The translations under genes were made by a program, and so were the position numbers. A DNA stretch of 62,929 nucleotides, counting the filler, from Theionarchaea archaeon (GTDB taxonomy: Archaea; Methanobacteriota_B; Thermococci; Methanofastidiosales; SZ-28-30): assembly GCA_018992565.1 (NCBI GenBank). It is 6 parts of 6 records of this genome, joined end to end, with 100 filler letters (N's around TTAATTAATTAA, not from the genome) between each part and the next. Parts side by side here need not be neighbours in the genome. Positions count along the whole stretch, not along the records: positions 12,672 to 25,026 come from JACVGW010000079.1; positions 25,127 to 37,294 come from JACVGW010000080.1; 4 more parts are not named here. One strand, written 5' to 3'. Below the pieces are notes generated by a model. That model worked only from the letters and a program-made list of their open reading frames with translations. It made no database searches and was not told the origin of the DNA. This document shows, piece after piece, positions 18,515 through 30,864 of the stretch. The stretch's first letter is position 1. Every line of letters begins with the position of its first letter.

Positions 18515-21500
18515 ATGTTGACGGTAAATCGTACATTCTTATTTGTATTGGCGCTATCTTTCCTCTTGATAGCTTGGGTGCCAACTGTTCAGCCTGAAAG
18601 CAATGGAAAGATTGTCTTTGTCTCCAATAGAGACGGGAACCAAGACATTTATAGTATGAATATAGATGAAAGCAATGTAGAGCGACTTACTGATGACCCC
18701 GCTGAAGATCACAGCCCTGTGTGGTCACCAGATGGCACAAAGATAGTATTTGTTTCAGATAGGGAGTTCAATACTGACATCTACATAATGAATGCAGATG
18801 GTAGCAATGTAGTCAAAGTCACCGACAGTTTTGCCGAGGATTTGAATCCTTGCTGGTCACCTGACGGGACGAAGATTGCTTTTAACTCAGATAGAAATGG
18901 ACCTCATCAAATCTACATTATGAATGCAGATGGTAGCAATGTGCACCAGGTGACAGACGACAAAGATTGGAATGCCGCTCCCACATGGTCCCCTGACGGG
19001 ACAAGAATCGCATATTGCTGCACATCCATCTCAGATATTCTCTCTATGAATCCTATTGTATCTCAAATTCGGGTCATACAGGTTGATGGCACTAGCATTG
19101 GAGAGCTCTCAAAAGAAGATGATTCATTCCCCATATATTCACCAGATGGAGAAAGGATTGTCTTTGAATCATTTAGAGATGGCAACTTTGAGATTTATGT
19201 AATGGATGCAGATGGTACGAACCAGAGGAGACTTACTGACAACTCGCTCATTGATACAGATCCTTCGTGGTCACCAGATGGCGAGAGAATCATTTTTGTC
19301 TCCAGCAGGGATGGCAATGAAGAAATCTATGTCATGGATTGGGATGGGAAAAATGTCATGAGGCTCACAGAAAATTCGTACCGGGATTATGGACCCAGTT
19401 GGTGCAGCCAGGAAGCCACAGGCGAACCAGAACCTGGAAAGACACCAACACCCTCAGAGGCTCTTCCTCAACCTGATGATAGAAAGACCTCCCCGGTACA
19501 GGTGAGCATTCCTCCTCATTCTTCAGTGTCCGGCATTGAATGGATCAACATATCATATGAACTGCATGGTACCCATGGAGTCTCCTGGGAATACTGGATA
19601 GCCAAACATTCAGATGGAGAGTATTACGTAGACAGAAGGTCAGCAATGAGCATCTCTGGCAGCTCTGCTGCTCAGGGACAGCCCGTGGACAGAAACCTGG
19701 TCCAGCAGGTTGCAGAAAGCCTTACTGACTTCTATGAGGCTGAAAGGAGTATTCCAGAACCTGGAATTCGTCTGGACGGGGGGGTTACCTTCGTGGTGAG
19801 GATTAAGCTTGAAAATGGAGAGACAATCTCCATGAACACGTGGCCAGATTATGGAGCATGCTGTCTCATTCCCTGGGGTATCACCTATGAAGGCAAGAGC
19901 TATGTGCAGCTTAATGGAAGGATATCTTGCGCGATCTTTAGACTCATAGAAGGCCTGGGAGACGATGAAGAACTCAGGGTAATCTACAGGAAGGAAGTGA
20001 GATGGGGATGCTACCCCGTTGTCCTCGATTATGAATACTATGATCGTGAGTTGTCTGACGATTTTCCCCACAGTGAACCAGTGATTACCTCCCTTGAAAC
20101 TCTGGGAGAAACCCATGTAGCATGGGATACTGCCATCCCTGGAATACTGTATCCATCCAGGTACCATGAAGGGGTTGTGTACGTTGCCACAGAGAGGTAC
20201 ATCATGGCTCTCAACGCTGAGACTGGGGAAACGCTGTGGCAGGTGGAAAGTGAGCAGAGAGGTGACAGTGTATATGAGTATGCAGAGGGTGACCTGCTCT
20301 ATCACGAAGGGATAGTATATTGCGCCATTCCATCCGGAGTATATGCATTCAATGCTCTGAATGGAGAGAAAGTGTGGGAGTACATTTCAGAGACAAAAGA
20401 CTCCTTGAAGGTTTTCCCCAGCACAGGAAGGATCCTTCTATGGGAGGAAAATTCTGATGTAGGAGGGATTGTCAGCCTCGATGCGAAGTCTGGCGATTTC
20501 TTGTGGAAAATCGCAGGAGACCTCTCTTTTCTGGATATGGATGAGGATACAATTCTCTATAAGATAGAAAGGAATGAGAATGGCCGCAAGTTCTATTTTA
20601 TGCTGGCAGAGACTAGCACAGGTGACGTGCTCTGGGAAAAGGAGTGCTCAGATCTGGTTGGCTGGCGGTCTGACATTGTGAATTGGAGCTATTATGACGG
20701 AATCCTGTATGTGGACAAAGAAGAGAGAGGAACACTGGTTGCACTTGATACACGTACGCGTGAAGAGAAGGTAATTTACACCCACAGGAGATTCATGTCA
20801 GACTATCAGCCAGGGAATCTCCTCCAGTACTGCACAGTTTTTGAAGATGGAATTTTCCTGTATTTCCTTGAGCTGGGTGAGCCGGACTGGCCCTTTGCCA
20901 GATGGAAAACTCGTATAGTATTCCTGGACAGGACAGGTACAGAAGCATGGACGTATGACTACGATTATAGAAGCACGGGGGCTTTGTACTCCATATCTGG
21001 CCTCTTCTACAGCAGTTGGCAGTATAGTCCCATTGAAGGTGCCAAGATTCTCCAGGATACCCTCTATGTATGGAGAAAGAGAGGGGCTATTGAAGCCTTC
21101 AATGTCCACACTGGAGAGAAGTTGTGGGAAAGTGAGGTGAGAGACTCACTGAACAGCTTTGATATACTGAATGAGAACATATATGTGGCTTCTCAGGACT
21201 GCAGATTGTACTGTCTGGACGCTGCAACTGGTGAAATCTCCTGGGAGCTGAAAGCCTGCGACCGCTACTGTACAGTGACTATTCAAGACACAGAATCACC
21301 ATACTTCTCCGGAAGCATTGCGTGCCAGTGCCCACTCATCATGGAAGCAGTTGAAGTGGAAGATGGATTCATGGTGACGATAAGTGATAAGATCATCAGG
21401 GTTTCCATTGAGGAGGTGAAGATGCGAGAGCCAGAAATAAAAAAGGATGATGAAGAGGAAAAAGAACCTGAAGTGGAAAAAGAAGAAGAGAAGGAGGACG

Positions 21501-21552
21501 GGTTCTGTCTGGGCACCGCAGTCTTGCTGTTGATGGTGATTTCGGGAACTAC
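18515..21552 (+). CDS. Surface protein with TolB/PD40 repeats, PQQ-like beta-propellers and a GFCLGT membrane anchor; last codons lie in the gap
   Basis: Signal peptide, repeated PxWSPDG..IVF.S.RDGN.EIY, ALNAETGETLW-type repeats, acidic linker and GFCLGT-TM. Confidence 0.85.
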
Positions 21553-21652
21553 NNNNNNNNNNNNNNNNNNNNNNNNNNNNNNNNNNNNNNNNNNNNNNNN
21601 NNNNNNNNNNNNNNNNNNNNNNNNNNNNNNNNNNNNNNNNNNNNNNNNNNNN

Positions 21653-21960
21653 GCATTGTATGTAATTCTAATGGCAAATGCATCAGCTACTATGCCGAAT
21701 ACCCAGCCCAGTATCCCAAAGACTGATGCAAACCCAAGGAACAATAGTGCCCTGTCCAGGAAGTACTCAGGGTCAACCTCGAACCCTCCGAATGCAGAAC
21801 GCATTACGTTTTGCCGAACAAAAACTCCCGCGGTAGTAAGGGTGCCTATCAACACAAGTATGACAGGTATTAGGTATAGTATGACTATGTTCGGGTTTTT
21901 TCCGATAATGTCCATGGCCTCAGAGAGTATCGCTCCTATTCCTTTCTTTTCATTTGTCAT
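21653..21960 (-). CDS. Membrane protein, 3'-truncated by the gap
   Basis: Two hydrophobic helices; GGTG Shine-Dalgarno-like site before the ATG. Confidence 0.65.
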
Positions 21961-22445
21961 GGTAACACCTAAAGGTATAGGAAAACTCACACTTAAATAA
22001 CTTTTCATTTCTTGGGAAATGTATGAAGACTCCAGGTTTCTGCTGAGATTTGACTCCGAGATTGAGGTGAGACTGCAAATAGCCTTCCATTTTACTCATC
22101 ACAGCAATTTCCAGAGATTTCAGTTGCTATTCATCACGCTGTGGAAGGTGACATTGAGCGTGTGTCGATGGTAGAATGAGATCAGATATGTGAATGGTTC
22201 GAACATGGTGACTTCTTCCCAGATCAGATCCTTCCATTCATGAAGTTGTAAATGAGGTGGGCTTTCGAATCTGTCCAGGTCATGAATGCGGAATTTCGTA
22301 GTATCTGGACTAATGAACTGCGTTCTAGTTTCAAGAAGCTCATTTTCTCTCATGGACTATGTTCAGGGCAGGTCATCCATTTTATGGAAAGAGAAGGAGA
22401 ATCTTTTTAAGAGTGGCATCAAAATGAAAGATGAGGTGTTGAAAA

Positions 22446-22760
22446 ATGGTTTCCACAATGCTTGTAGGGTGGATAATTACCCTGCTTGTTGGTACAATTC
22501 TGATTCACCTGAGTGTGGCTTTTGCTGGAGTCGAGAATGCTTCTTTGAAAAAGGCATTTGTAGTGGCATTAATCGGCTCGTTTGTGACGTTGCTTCTGGG
22601 CTGGGTTCCTCTGGCTGGTCTAGTGGTTGTGTTCATTGTCGTCATGGTATTGGTCAGGTTGGTGTATCTTACTACATGGTCAAAGGCATTTGTTGCTTCT
22701 GTGGTCTTTCTGATTGCAAGCTGGATAGTCAACTACTTCGCAGACAATCTCCTAACGTAA
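22446..22760 (+). CDS. Small 4-TM membrane protein
   Basis: GAGGTG Shine-Dalgarno; hydrophobic 104-aa ORF with an internal KAFV repeat. Confidence 0.7.
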   Translation: MVSTMLVGWIITLLVGTILIHLSVAFAGVENASLKKAFVVALIGSFVTLLLGWVPLAGLVVVFIVVMVLVRLVYLTTWSKAFVASVVFLIASWIVNYFADNLLT

Positions 22761-23151
22761 GGAACGAGTTCGTTTACTGAGATTCCTGATTAAGGAGACT
22801 GGAATCCACACAGGTTACATCAGGGTAGAAGGGGGTGTCTCCATTTTTGCCAGTTCGAGTTCTTCACATGGTGTTCTTCGGTTTGTATGGAGGATGCAGA
22901 AGGATGACAGCCGGAACAACAAGCTTAAAAGAGCTTCATTGGCGCCTTGGTGTACAAGTCTTTGTCCACGCTCTTCCTAGATGTTGAGATCTCTGGAAGT
23001 GTCCACGACCATTGGATCCTTCATCTGCTTCGTCGTCTATCTCTGTCTGGTTGACTTTGCAGGTCTGAGCTTCAAGAAGCGAGGTTTCCACAGCACATTT
23101 GTGTTCAGAACATTCGTGCCACTATGTCTCTTGGAGAGTCCAGGAGATAGA

Positions 23152-24285
23152 CTACCGGGTTGCACTTCTCAAAATCTCCATGTATCCTTGAGTGTCAACT
23201 TTGCGAGGATTTGAATCGTTAGAATTATTCTGGACTGATCTTCGGGCTATCTCCGGAAAGTCATCTTCTGAAATAGCCAGGCTGGAAAAGGGAGGAATAT
23301 GCAATTCCCGTGAAAGGGATCGTATCTTCTGGATAAGTGCCTTTGCAGCTGCTGTATTATCATCGTCTGTGTTCCCCAGTAGCCTGGCGATGTATGCATA
23401 CCTTTCTTCCGAAACAGGGAGGTTATACTCCATTACAACAGGGAGAAACATTGAATTTGCCACACCGTGAGGAACATCGTACAGACCACCAATAGTCTCA
23501 GCTATGCAATGGACTGCCCCTACATCACTGTTTCCGAAGGCCATACCTGCCAGAGTGCTCCCCAGCATCATGGATTCTCGTCCCTCTTTCTGATGTGGGT
23601 TCTTGTAGACTGTAAGAAGAGAGCCGAGAATGAGAGCAATGGCTCTTAGAGCCAGGACATCGGTAATTGAAGTGCGTGGAATCACTGTGTAAGCTTCGAT
23701 AGCATGAGTAAGAGCATCCATTCCTGTGGAGGCAATTAGCGGTTGAGGGAGAGAGAGCAATACATCTGGATCCAGGAGGGCTACTCCAGGAAACATCTCG
23801 GGCCCCTTTATGCTCATCTTGAAATGTCTCCTGACATCAGTAATAACAGATACCCATGTTACTTCGCTCCCCGTGCCGCAGGTTGTGGGGATAGCTATCA
23901 TGGGGAGGGGACGATTTCTGTATTTTTGTCTGCCCTCATAATCCTCAATTGGGCCAGCATTGGTGGCCAGCAAAGCTATGGCCTTGGCTGCATCCAGAGA
24001 ACTTCCACCACCGAGTCCAATTATAAGGTCAGGCTGGAGAGAGCGGACTATTTCTCCCCCTGTATTGATGGTGGTAGATTTGGGGTTTGGCTCTACCGCA
24101 TCGAATACCTCAACATGAAATGAGGTGTTCAGATGAGAGATGATAGGATCAGCTATGCCAGAGGCAAGAATTCCTCTGTCTGTCACAAGAAGAAGAGTAG
24201 AAGCATTCATGTCTTTGACAACGGAGTTCAATTGAGTAAGAACTCCACATCCAAATATGATTTTGGTTGGCATATGGAACTGCAT
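23152..24285 (-). CDS. Iron-containing alcohol dehydrogenase
   Basis: GLGGGSSLDAAK, PTTCGTGSE, GMDALTHAIE and PHG. Confidence 0.93.
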   Translation of the reverse strand: MQFHMPTKIIFGCGVLTQLNSVVKDMNASTLLLVTDRGILASGIADPIISHLNTSFHVEVFDAVEPNPKSTTINTGGEIVRSLQPDLIIGLGGGSSLDAAKAIALLATNAGPIEDYEGRQKYRNRPLPMIAIPTTCGTGSEVTWVSVITDVRRHFKMSIKGPEMFPGVALLDPDVLLSLPQPLIASTGMDALTHAIEAYTVIPRTSITDVLALRAIALILGSLLTVYKNPHQKEGRESMMLGSTLAGMAFGNSDVGAVHCIAETIGGLYDVPHGVANSMFLPVVMEYNLPVSEERYAYIARLLGNTDDDNTAAAKALIQKIRSLSRELHIPPFSSLAISEDDFPEIARRSVQNNSNDSNPRKVDTQGYMEILRSATR

Positions 24286-24594
24286 GTATATCACCCCGTC
24301 TCCTGCAACTGGAATCATAAAAATGTTTCTCCTCGCTACAACAATGAAACATGCACTGTCCATGAAGTAACGTCATGAACCCTGCAACGTGGATAGAGAG
24401 TGGTTTTCCTCAGCTATTCGTTCATTCACCGGACTTCTAATGCTGAAAAGCAGGGTAACATTTTCCAGACCTGCATTGTATTCCAAAGGGTTTATGATTT
24501 CTCCTCCACTCGGGAAATCGCTGCCAATGCTCATACCAGGAATCTTTTTAAGGATAGGCCACCTTAGGATAACAAAAGGTGAAGGGTAATTTGA

Positions 24595-25002
24595 ATGAAA
24601 CCCAATCAAAAAGACCTTGAGATACCAAAAAAGGGAAAAGGTGTTGTCTTCGTCGCTCTTCTCAACTTCCTGCAAGCAAGCGGTAGACTCCTGTTCGCAG
24701 TTGCCGGTCTTTCGGGAGGAATTGACCAATTTCTGGATGTCCCCGTGTCCGAGGCAACAACCCTTGTGCTCCATGTGATGTTCTTCTCTCTTGGAATTTG
24801 TGGGCTTCCTGCTGCATATGGGTTATGGCGGGGGAAAAGGTGGGGATTCTGGGCAATTCTCTTGGTTAGTGTTGTGACAATCCTCTTTGACATCTGGGGT
24901 TATACAATACAAAAGACAGCAGCAATCGGCTTTTTTGTGCCTGTCATATCGATTGGTTACCTGTATCTCGAAAGACTGAGGGTTCTGAAAGAAAAAATGT
25001 AG
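24595..25002 (+). CDS. Small membrane protein
   Basis: Four TM segments and an AYGLWRGKRWG motif. Confidence 0.7.
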   Translation: MKPNQKDLEIPKKGKGVVFVALLNFLQASGRLLFAVAGLSGGIDQFLDVPVSEATTLVLHVMFFSLGICGLPAAYGLWRGKRWGFWAILLVSVVTILFDIWGYTIQKTAAIGFFVPVISIGYLYLERLRVLKEKM

Positions 25003-25126
25003 CAAGAGAACAAGGTCATTTTACAGNNNNNNNNNNNNNNNNNNNNNNNNNNNNNNNNNNNNNNNNNNNNTTAATTAATTAANNNNNNNNNNNNNNNNNN
25101 NNNNNNNNNNNNNNNNNNNNNNNNNN

Positions 25127-28100
25127 TGATCGAAACCAAAACCTTATACCCAACTCGTGATTACGCAGTCTTTCAAGGCACCTTTGACGAGAATGGACAG
25201 ACAACCTTTGACATTGATCTAACAGGACTGACCATCACTGATGCTATCCTGGTCATTTCCAGTATAGCTGTCCCCACGCAGGAGACCTTCTATGAAACTC
25301 ACTCAGAAGCGGGGAAAGGCTGGCAAGACACAGGTACCTGGTCAGGGAAGTACTTCCTTGCCAACTACTACAGATGTTACACGACAAATCCTCCAGACTG
25401 CTTTGATGGTTCCACCAAGATTGGTCCCTTTGAACACTATCCGGGAACACCAAATTACACAGGGTATACCACCTGGATAGAAGAGAATACTCAATATGTT
25501 GAATCGAGTTACACAGCGGTCATCAATGAATATCCTGAAAGGGTGGAATATAATCTTAACAATTCCTCCTGGAATGAAATTACTGACAATCTAGGCTCTG
25601 GCACGACTTCAACTACCATCCCAGCATTTTCCTTTGTTCAAGGAGCTAATACTCTGCAAATTAGAGAGTCCAATGCCTTTTCCACCGAATTTGATTGTGC
25701 GTTGTATATGGACCAAGGTGCTCTGTCTGAGGAGTACACCACAATGTCCTCATATGATAGCTATGGCAAGATGACTTCCATAACAGACACAACAGGCAGC
25801 GTTACTCATTTTGAATACGATGTTGGCTACCATGCATATCTTGTCTCAATTACAGATGCCCTCAATCACACAGTGACTGCCACATACGATTTGGATACAG
25901 GGTTACTCTCCTCTTTGACGGATCCACAGGGGAATACCACCACATTTGAATACGACATCCTGGGAAGAGCAACCAAGAAGACCTTTCCTGATTTGACCGA
26001 AATTGAGGCTGTGTACAATGATCAGGGCAATAGTGTTATACTGTATGATGAACTGGATCATTTCTCTGTAAGTTATTACGATGGTCTTGGCAGAACAACG
26101 ACAAATGAGTGGTATCTTGCTCCTTCTGAAGCATTGACAGAAACATATGCTTTCAACTACTTGAACAAGGTGATCCTTCAAACAGATCTTGCCGGAAACT
26201 TATATTCCTACGAATATGATTCACTGGGCAGACCTACACGATTAACAAGGCCTGATTCCTTTTTTAGAGAGATGCACTACGATGATATCTCTAATACCAT
26301 CACTTTCCTTGATGAGAATCTGCATAAGAAGCAGTACCATTATGACCGGGTTGGAGACTTGTTGTGGGTGAGAGAATACACGGATTCTGTGAACTACTAC
26401 CTGACGCAGTACACCTATGATTCCGCTGGAAATCTGACTTCGTTTACAGATGCCAATGGAAATTCAACATTCTATTCATATGATTCTCTCTTTGGATTGA
26501 CACAGATTTCCTATCCTGATCTGACAACAGAGATCTTTTCCTATGATACCCTTGGGAATATATCTCAGAAAACAAATGCTTTCGGAACGACAACATTCAC
26601 CTACAATGAAATCAGTCAATTGATACACATAGTATATCCAGACTCAAATTCAGTTTCATTTGAGTATGATAGTAGAGGCAATTGTATCTTGATGATAGAT
26701 CAGGAAGGCTATACTTCCCACACGTATGATAACAGAAGTCGAATTCTCTATGAGACGAGAAGCATAGAAGGTTTACCATATACTGTATCGTATGAGTATG
26801 ATGCAGCTTCTCGAATGATTTCAATGACATATCCAGATCAGAGCGTGGTGACTTACGAATATGATGCTTTGAATCGTCTAATCTCTATGCCGGGGTATGC
26901 GCAGTTTTCTTACACATTGAACTCTCTCCTGGACAGCGTTGCATATACAAATGGGGTAACGGCAACTTATCAATACGATCTATGTGGGAGACCTATCTCT
27001 ATCCACGCTCAGAAAGGTGAATCAGAGCTGCTGCAAATGAGTTATCAGTATGATCCTGTTGGCAACATTTCCCAGTTAACATTTGATAGAATGAAAGATC
27101 AGCAGTGGATGCAATCTCAAGAGACCTATCAGTATGATTGGCTTGATAGATTGGTTTCTGTTGAAGGCACTAGTGGCTCAGTGACTTATTCTTATGATCC
27201 AGTGGGCAACAGGCTACTACAGAGTGATCTCACCTACATTTACAACACCATGAATGAGTTAATTTCCATTGGTGATGGAACTGCATATAGTTATGACGAA
27301 TGTGGAAATACTGTGACAAGAATAGACGGAGACACATGGTTGTACTCCTACGACACTCAGAATATGTTGGTTCAGGTAAATAGAAATCAGCAACTAATCG
27401 CTGAATACACGTATGATGGAAGCGGGTCCAGAATCAAGAAAAGAGAATGGTCTGAGGATTTGCAGAGCTATCAGACTAAGGTTTATGTCTATTCTGGCGA
27501 GAGCGTTATTTATGAGAAAAACACAGATACGGAGCAAGAAGCTGCTTATGTTTACGGAGGATCTGCAAGAATAGCGAAAGATGTTGATGAGATGACTGAT
27601 TACTACATCACCGATCACATAGGTTCTACGAGATTGATCACTGACGAGTATGGAAATTCAGTTTCAGACACTACCTATCAACCGTTTGGAGAAAGTGAGC
27701 TGAAACTAGAACCCTATCTCTTCACTGGGAAAGAACGAGATACGGTTGGTCTGTACTATTATGGTGCCCGTTACTATGATCCAGCAACCGGGCGATTCAT
27801 TACTAGAGACGGAATGGCAGGAAAGACTCACAAACCACAAAGTCTAAACCGTTACATATACTGCTATAACAACCCTCTGAAGTATATTGATCCAGTCGGA
27901 CTGTCTGAAGAATTTTTCTTGATGAAAGAAGATGATATCCTCAACAGCCAGCAACCGACATTTCTTTTCGACTGGGAAAACTTTCTCCAGCATCTCTATT
28001 CCGTTGAGATGTTTGGATTCAGCCCAAGAAAAATGCTAGAATTCATAATGAGTTATCTTACTAGGCTACTTCAGTCAATTGTGGATTCCTATGGATTGGT

Positions 28101-28620
28101 GGCATTCGATCAAACTGCTCTAATGATTCTCAGCCTCATGGCCTTCCTCGAAGCATTGGTAAACGTCTTTGGAGATTTCTATGGGATATCAGGTGCTTTT
28201 ATCTGTATTGAAGGGATGCTCGTTGTGGGAGCTGGAGGGCAAATAGGATTGTGTTTGACATATCATCCTGATCTGGGATGGGCAATGTACTATTATGCAG
28301 GATACCTGATGGGATTGATGGAAGCTGGTGGAATCTCCATTATTGCAGGTTTCTGGACGTGGCTTTCTAAAGATAGATTTACATTCGATGATTGGAAAGG
28401 ATGGTTTTTCAACATTGCTGGAACTGCAGGAGCAGAAATCAGTGGAAATATTGTATATTTCGAAGATTATTACTGGCCGCCGCACATAAGAGGCTTTGGT
28501 GTTGGCGCTGGAGGTGGATTTGGTGCAGGTGGTGCTATTGGACGAGCAAAATACTTCAGGGCTGAAGACTGGATGATTCCCTATTTCTTACGGGGAAAAG
28601 TCGTTCCAAGGGGATCATAA
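25127..28620 (+). CDS. Rhs/YD-repeat polymorphic toxin; 5'-truncated at contig start
   Basis: The frame is open from the contig start. It has many YD repeats and an Rhs core (FTGKERD..GLYYYGARYYDP..GRF..NPLKYIDPVG), followed by a variable C-terminal domain. Confidence 0.92.
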
Positions 28621-28641
28621 AGGTTATATACATGGGAAAAG

Positions 28642-29814
28642 GTGAGGAACATGAAAGCAGGAAGTGCAACAATAGTGATACTCCTCATCATAGCAGGAGG
28701 ATGCACTCTAAAGGAAAAAGATCCAGTAAGACAGATCATGCTAGACAACGTGGAGCATTGTGTTACTCCAACCGAGAAAGTCCCAATATGCGTGACTCCT
28801 AACGGGATTTTCACCAATTCTGATGGATCGCTGTTCGGGGTTGCTGAAGGGAATGTCTTTCTCGTCAACAATGAGGGAGAGATACTCTTGAAGACGAAGA
28901 ATCTGGGAAGCAGCTATGCTTTTCTCATAGATGGCGGAAAAACTGTGCTTTGTGAATCATATGACAGAAAAGAACCATGGAAGAGCAGCATAGTCATCCT
29001 TGATTCAGAAGGGGACATACTCTGGGAAAGAGAAACTGGACTCCTTGGACTTGATGGTTTAGCGGTAACTTCAGATGGGTCATTTATAGCTGCTGGTGCT
29101 ACAGACAAGGAAAAGAAGGGGCATATCATGCTCTTTGATCGAGATGGGAATACACTGTGGAATCATCAGGTCAACAGCAGAATAGAAACTGTGGCAGTGA
29201 GCAAAAATGGATATGTTGTGGCGGGGCCTCGAGATGAGTACATCTATCTTTATGATCGTCGAGGGGAATTACTGTTCACATTTCTTGCCAGGAGCTACTA
29301 CAGCGCCCAAGATACGGCCATAGCTCCCGACGAGAGTTATTTTCTATTCGGCTCAGAACACAAATATCTCAACTGCTATACACTTCAAGGAGAATGCCTA
29401 TGGCAGGAAGAAGTGGGATCTCTCTGTAGCATTGGAATATCACGAGATGCCGCGTATATAGCGGTTGGGACAACTGGTGGAAATTTGATCCTTCTTGATA
29501 GGAATGGCACGACACTCTGGAACAAGAAGGTAAGCATGACATTTGTCAGTGAGATTACCATTAGTGGTCATGGTGAGTATGTAGGGGCCTGCACTGAGAA
29601 AGAGCTCTTTGTTTCATCTTTTGAGGTCTATGCTGAGAGTGGGGAATTGCTCTGGCGATATGAGGATGAGAATCCATTTAAAGCATTGGTTATCAGTGAC
29701 GATGGCCGCTATGTAGGCGCCAGCAATGGGTTTGCTTTCTTTATCTTCGATAATATCCAGGCTATTGAAGAATACAGCCACAGCTCTTGTGCATCTCACT
29801 GCTTTCTTGTCTAG
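28642..29814 (+). CDS. Beta-propeller (PQQ/WD40-like) lipoprotein; candidate Rhs immunity protein
   Basis: Lipobox-like LLIIAGGC and repeated LFDRDGNTLW / AVTSDGSFIAAG blades; starts about 20 nt after the Rhs stop. Confidence 0.75.
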   Translation: MRNMKAGSATIVILLIIAGGCTLKEKDPVRQIMLDNVEHCVTPTEKVPICVTPNGIFTNSDGSLFGVAEGNVFLVNNEGEILLKTKNLGSSYAFLIDGGKTVLCESYDRKEPWKSSIVILDSEGDILWERETGLLGLDGLAVTSDGSFIAAGATDKEKKGHIMLFDRDGNTLWNHQVNSRIETVAVSKNGYVVAGPRDEYIYLYDRRGELLFTFLARSYYSAQDTAIAPDESYFLFGSEHKYLNCYTLQGECLWQEEVGSLCSIGISRDAAYIAVGTTGGNLILLDRNGTTLWNKKVSMTFVSEITISGHGEYVGACTEKELFVSSFEVYAESGELLWRYEDENPFKALVISDDGRYVGASNGFAFFIFDNIQAIEEYSHSSCASHCFLV

Positions 29815-30198
29815 AATCTTGAGAGAGAACACAATCGAGTCTTTCTTGGAGTATTTGGACGGGGGATGTTGGGACTGGGAATTGAGAGATGGCTAAGCCT
29901 TGCTTACGCTTTTGATCCTGGGACAGATTTAGAGGGCATTGCTCTCCTGGATTTGGAGGACAATCCCATTAACATAAAGACAGGTATCTTTGACTGGAGC
30001 CAATTTTTTGTCTGTTAATCACTCCATTGCCCATATATACCAGAGATTGAACTCAATAATACACGGATTCAAATGATTGATATATTCTATCGCCACAAAG
30101 GAAGTCTAAACAAAGCATTGAAATATAATTATTTCTGCCGTCTTTAAGACTTAAGGATAAAATCATATAAGTGGAGCAGCCCATTGATGAAAGTGATT

Positions 30199-30490
30199 TC
30201 ATAAGATCTGATCCATGATTTCATCAATAGTCAAATCCTTAGCCTTTTCTCGTAATTCAATGACAGGATCTCCAGTCTTTTCTGCGAATATCTCCAGATA
30301 CGTTAGGTTGAATATTCCTCTTTTGCCATATGTTCTCTCAGAATCTCCATAGCTTTTTTATCACTCTAGCTCTTCTTGTGCTTGAATTCATCTGATTCTC
30401 CTCACATACTCCACAGAATTCATGACCTTAACGTGAAACTAGTCAATGCATGTTTTACTGAGTAAGAGTTCGTCATCACATGTTAAATGG
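30199..30490 (-). pseudogene. Decayed PIN toxin C-terminus with a frameshifted downstream antitoxin-like gene
   Basis: Hand translation gives LTCDDELL..*..VKVMNSVEYV, then KAMEILREHM..(frameshift)..TGDPVIELREKAKDLTIDEIMDQIL. Confidence 0.55.
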
Positions 30491-30566
30491 GTTTCGATCT
30501 TTCTAATTCATGCGGAAGGCAAGAAAAATAGTAAAAAAAAAGTAGGAATTAATCCAGGGTACTGCA

Positions 30567-30651
30567 TGCGGGGGCAGGGATTCGAACCCCGGAACTCCTA
30601 CGAGAATGGATCTTGAGTCCATCGCCTTTAACCTGGCTCGGCAACCCCCGC
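30567..30651 (-). tRNA. tRNA-Leu(CAA)
   Basis: GCGGGGG/CCCCCGC-type acceptor stem, ATGGA-CT-CAA-GA-TCCAT anticodon arm, long variable arm and GGTTCGAATCC. Confidence 0.95.
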
Positions 30652-30864
30652 CACCTCATCTTCATGCACTGCCTTTTTATAGGTTTCGGAAGAGAAAGTC
30701 ATCTCTACTCAGTAACCGCCTTCTCATGCTGGAATAAGCTTCTATTCCTTTCCTTTGAAAGGAAATCTCACGGCTGACTCCTCTCTCGATTCCTTACCAG
30801 AGAACCTCACCACAAAGCTTTTATTGACCAGTGATTCCCATGAATTGGCTTGCGGAGGTGTCGG

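Noticed and set aside
18515..22000. 1161-aa ORF extending past the gap; likewise the gap-spanning ORFs 57464-58510 and 56944-57684
   Set aside because: The portions across the gaps are antisense of other genes, so these are chimeric ORF calls.
29812..29814. Pyrrolysine or other stop-codon readthrough at this TAG
   Set aside because: There is no pyl machinery in view, and the propeller protein appears complete before the stop.
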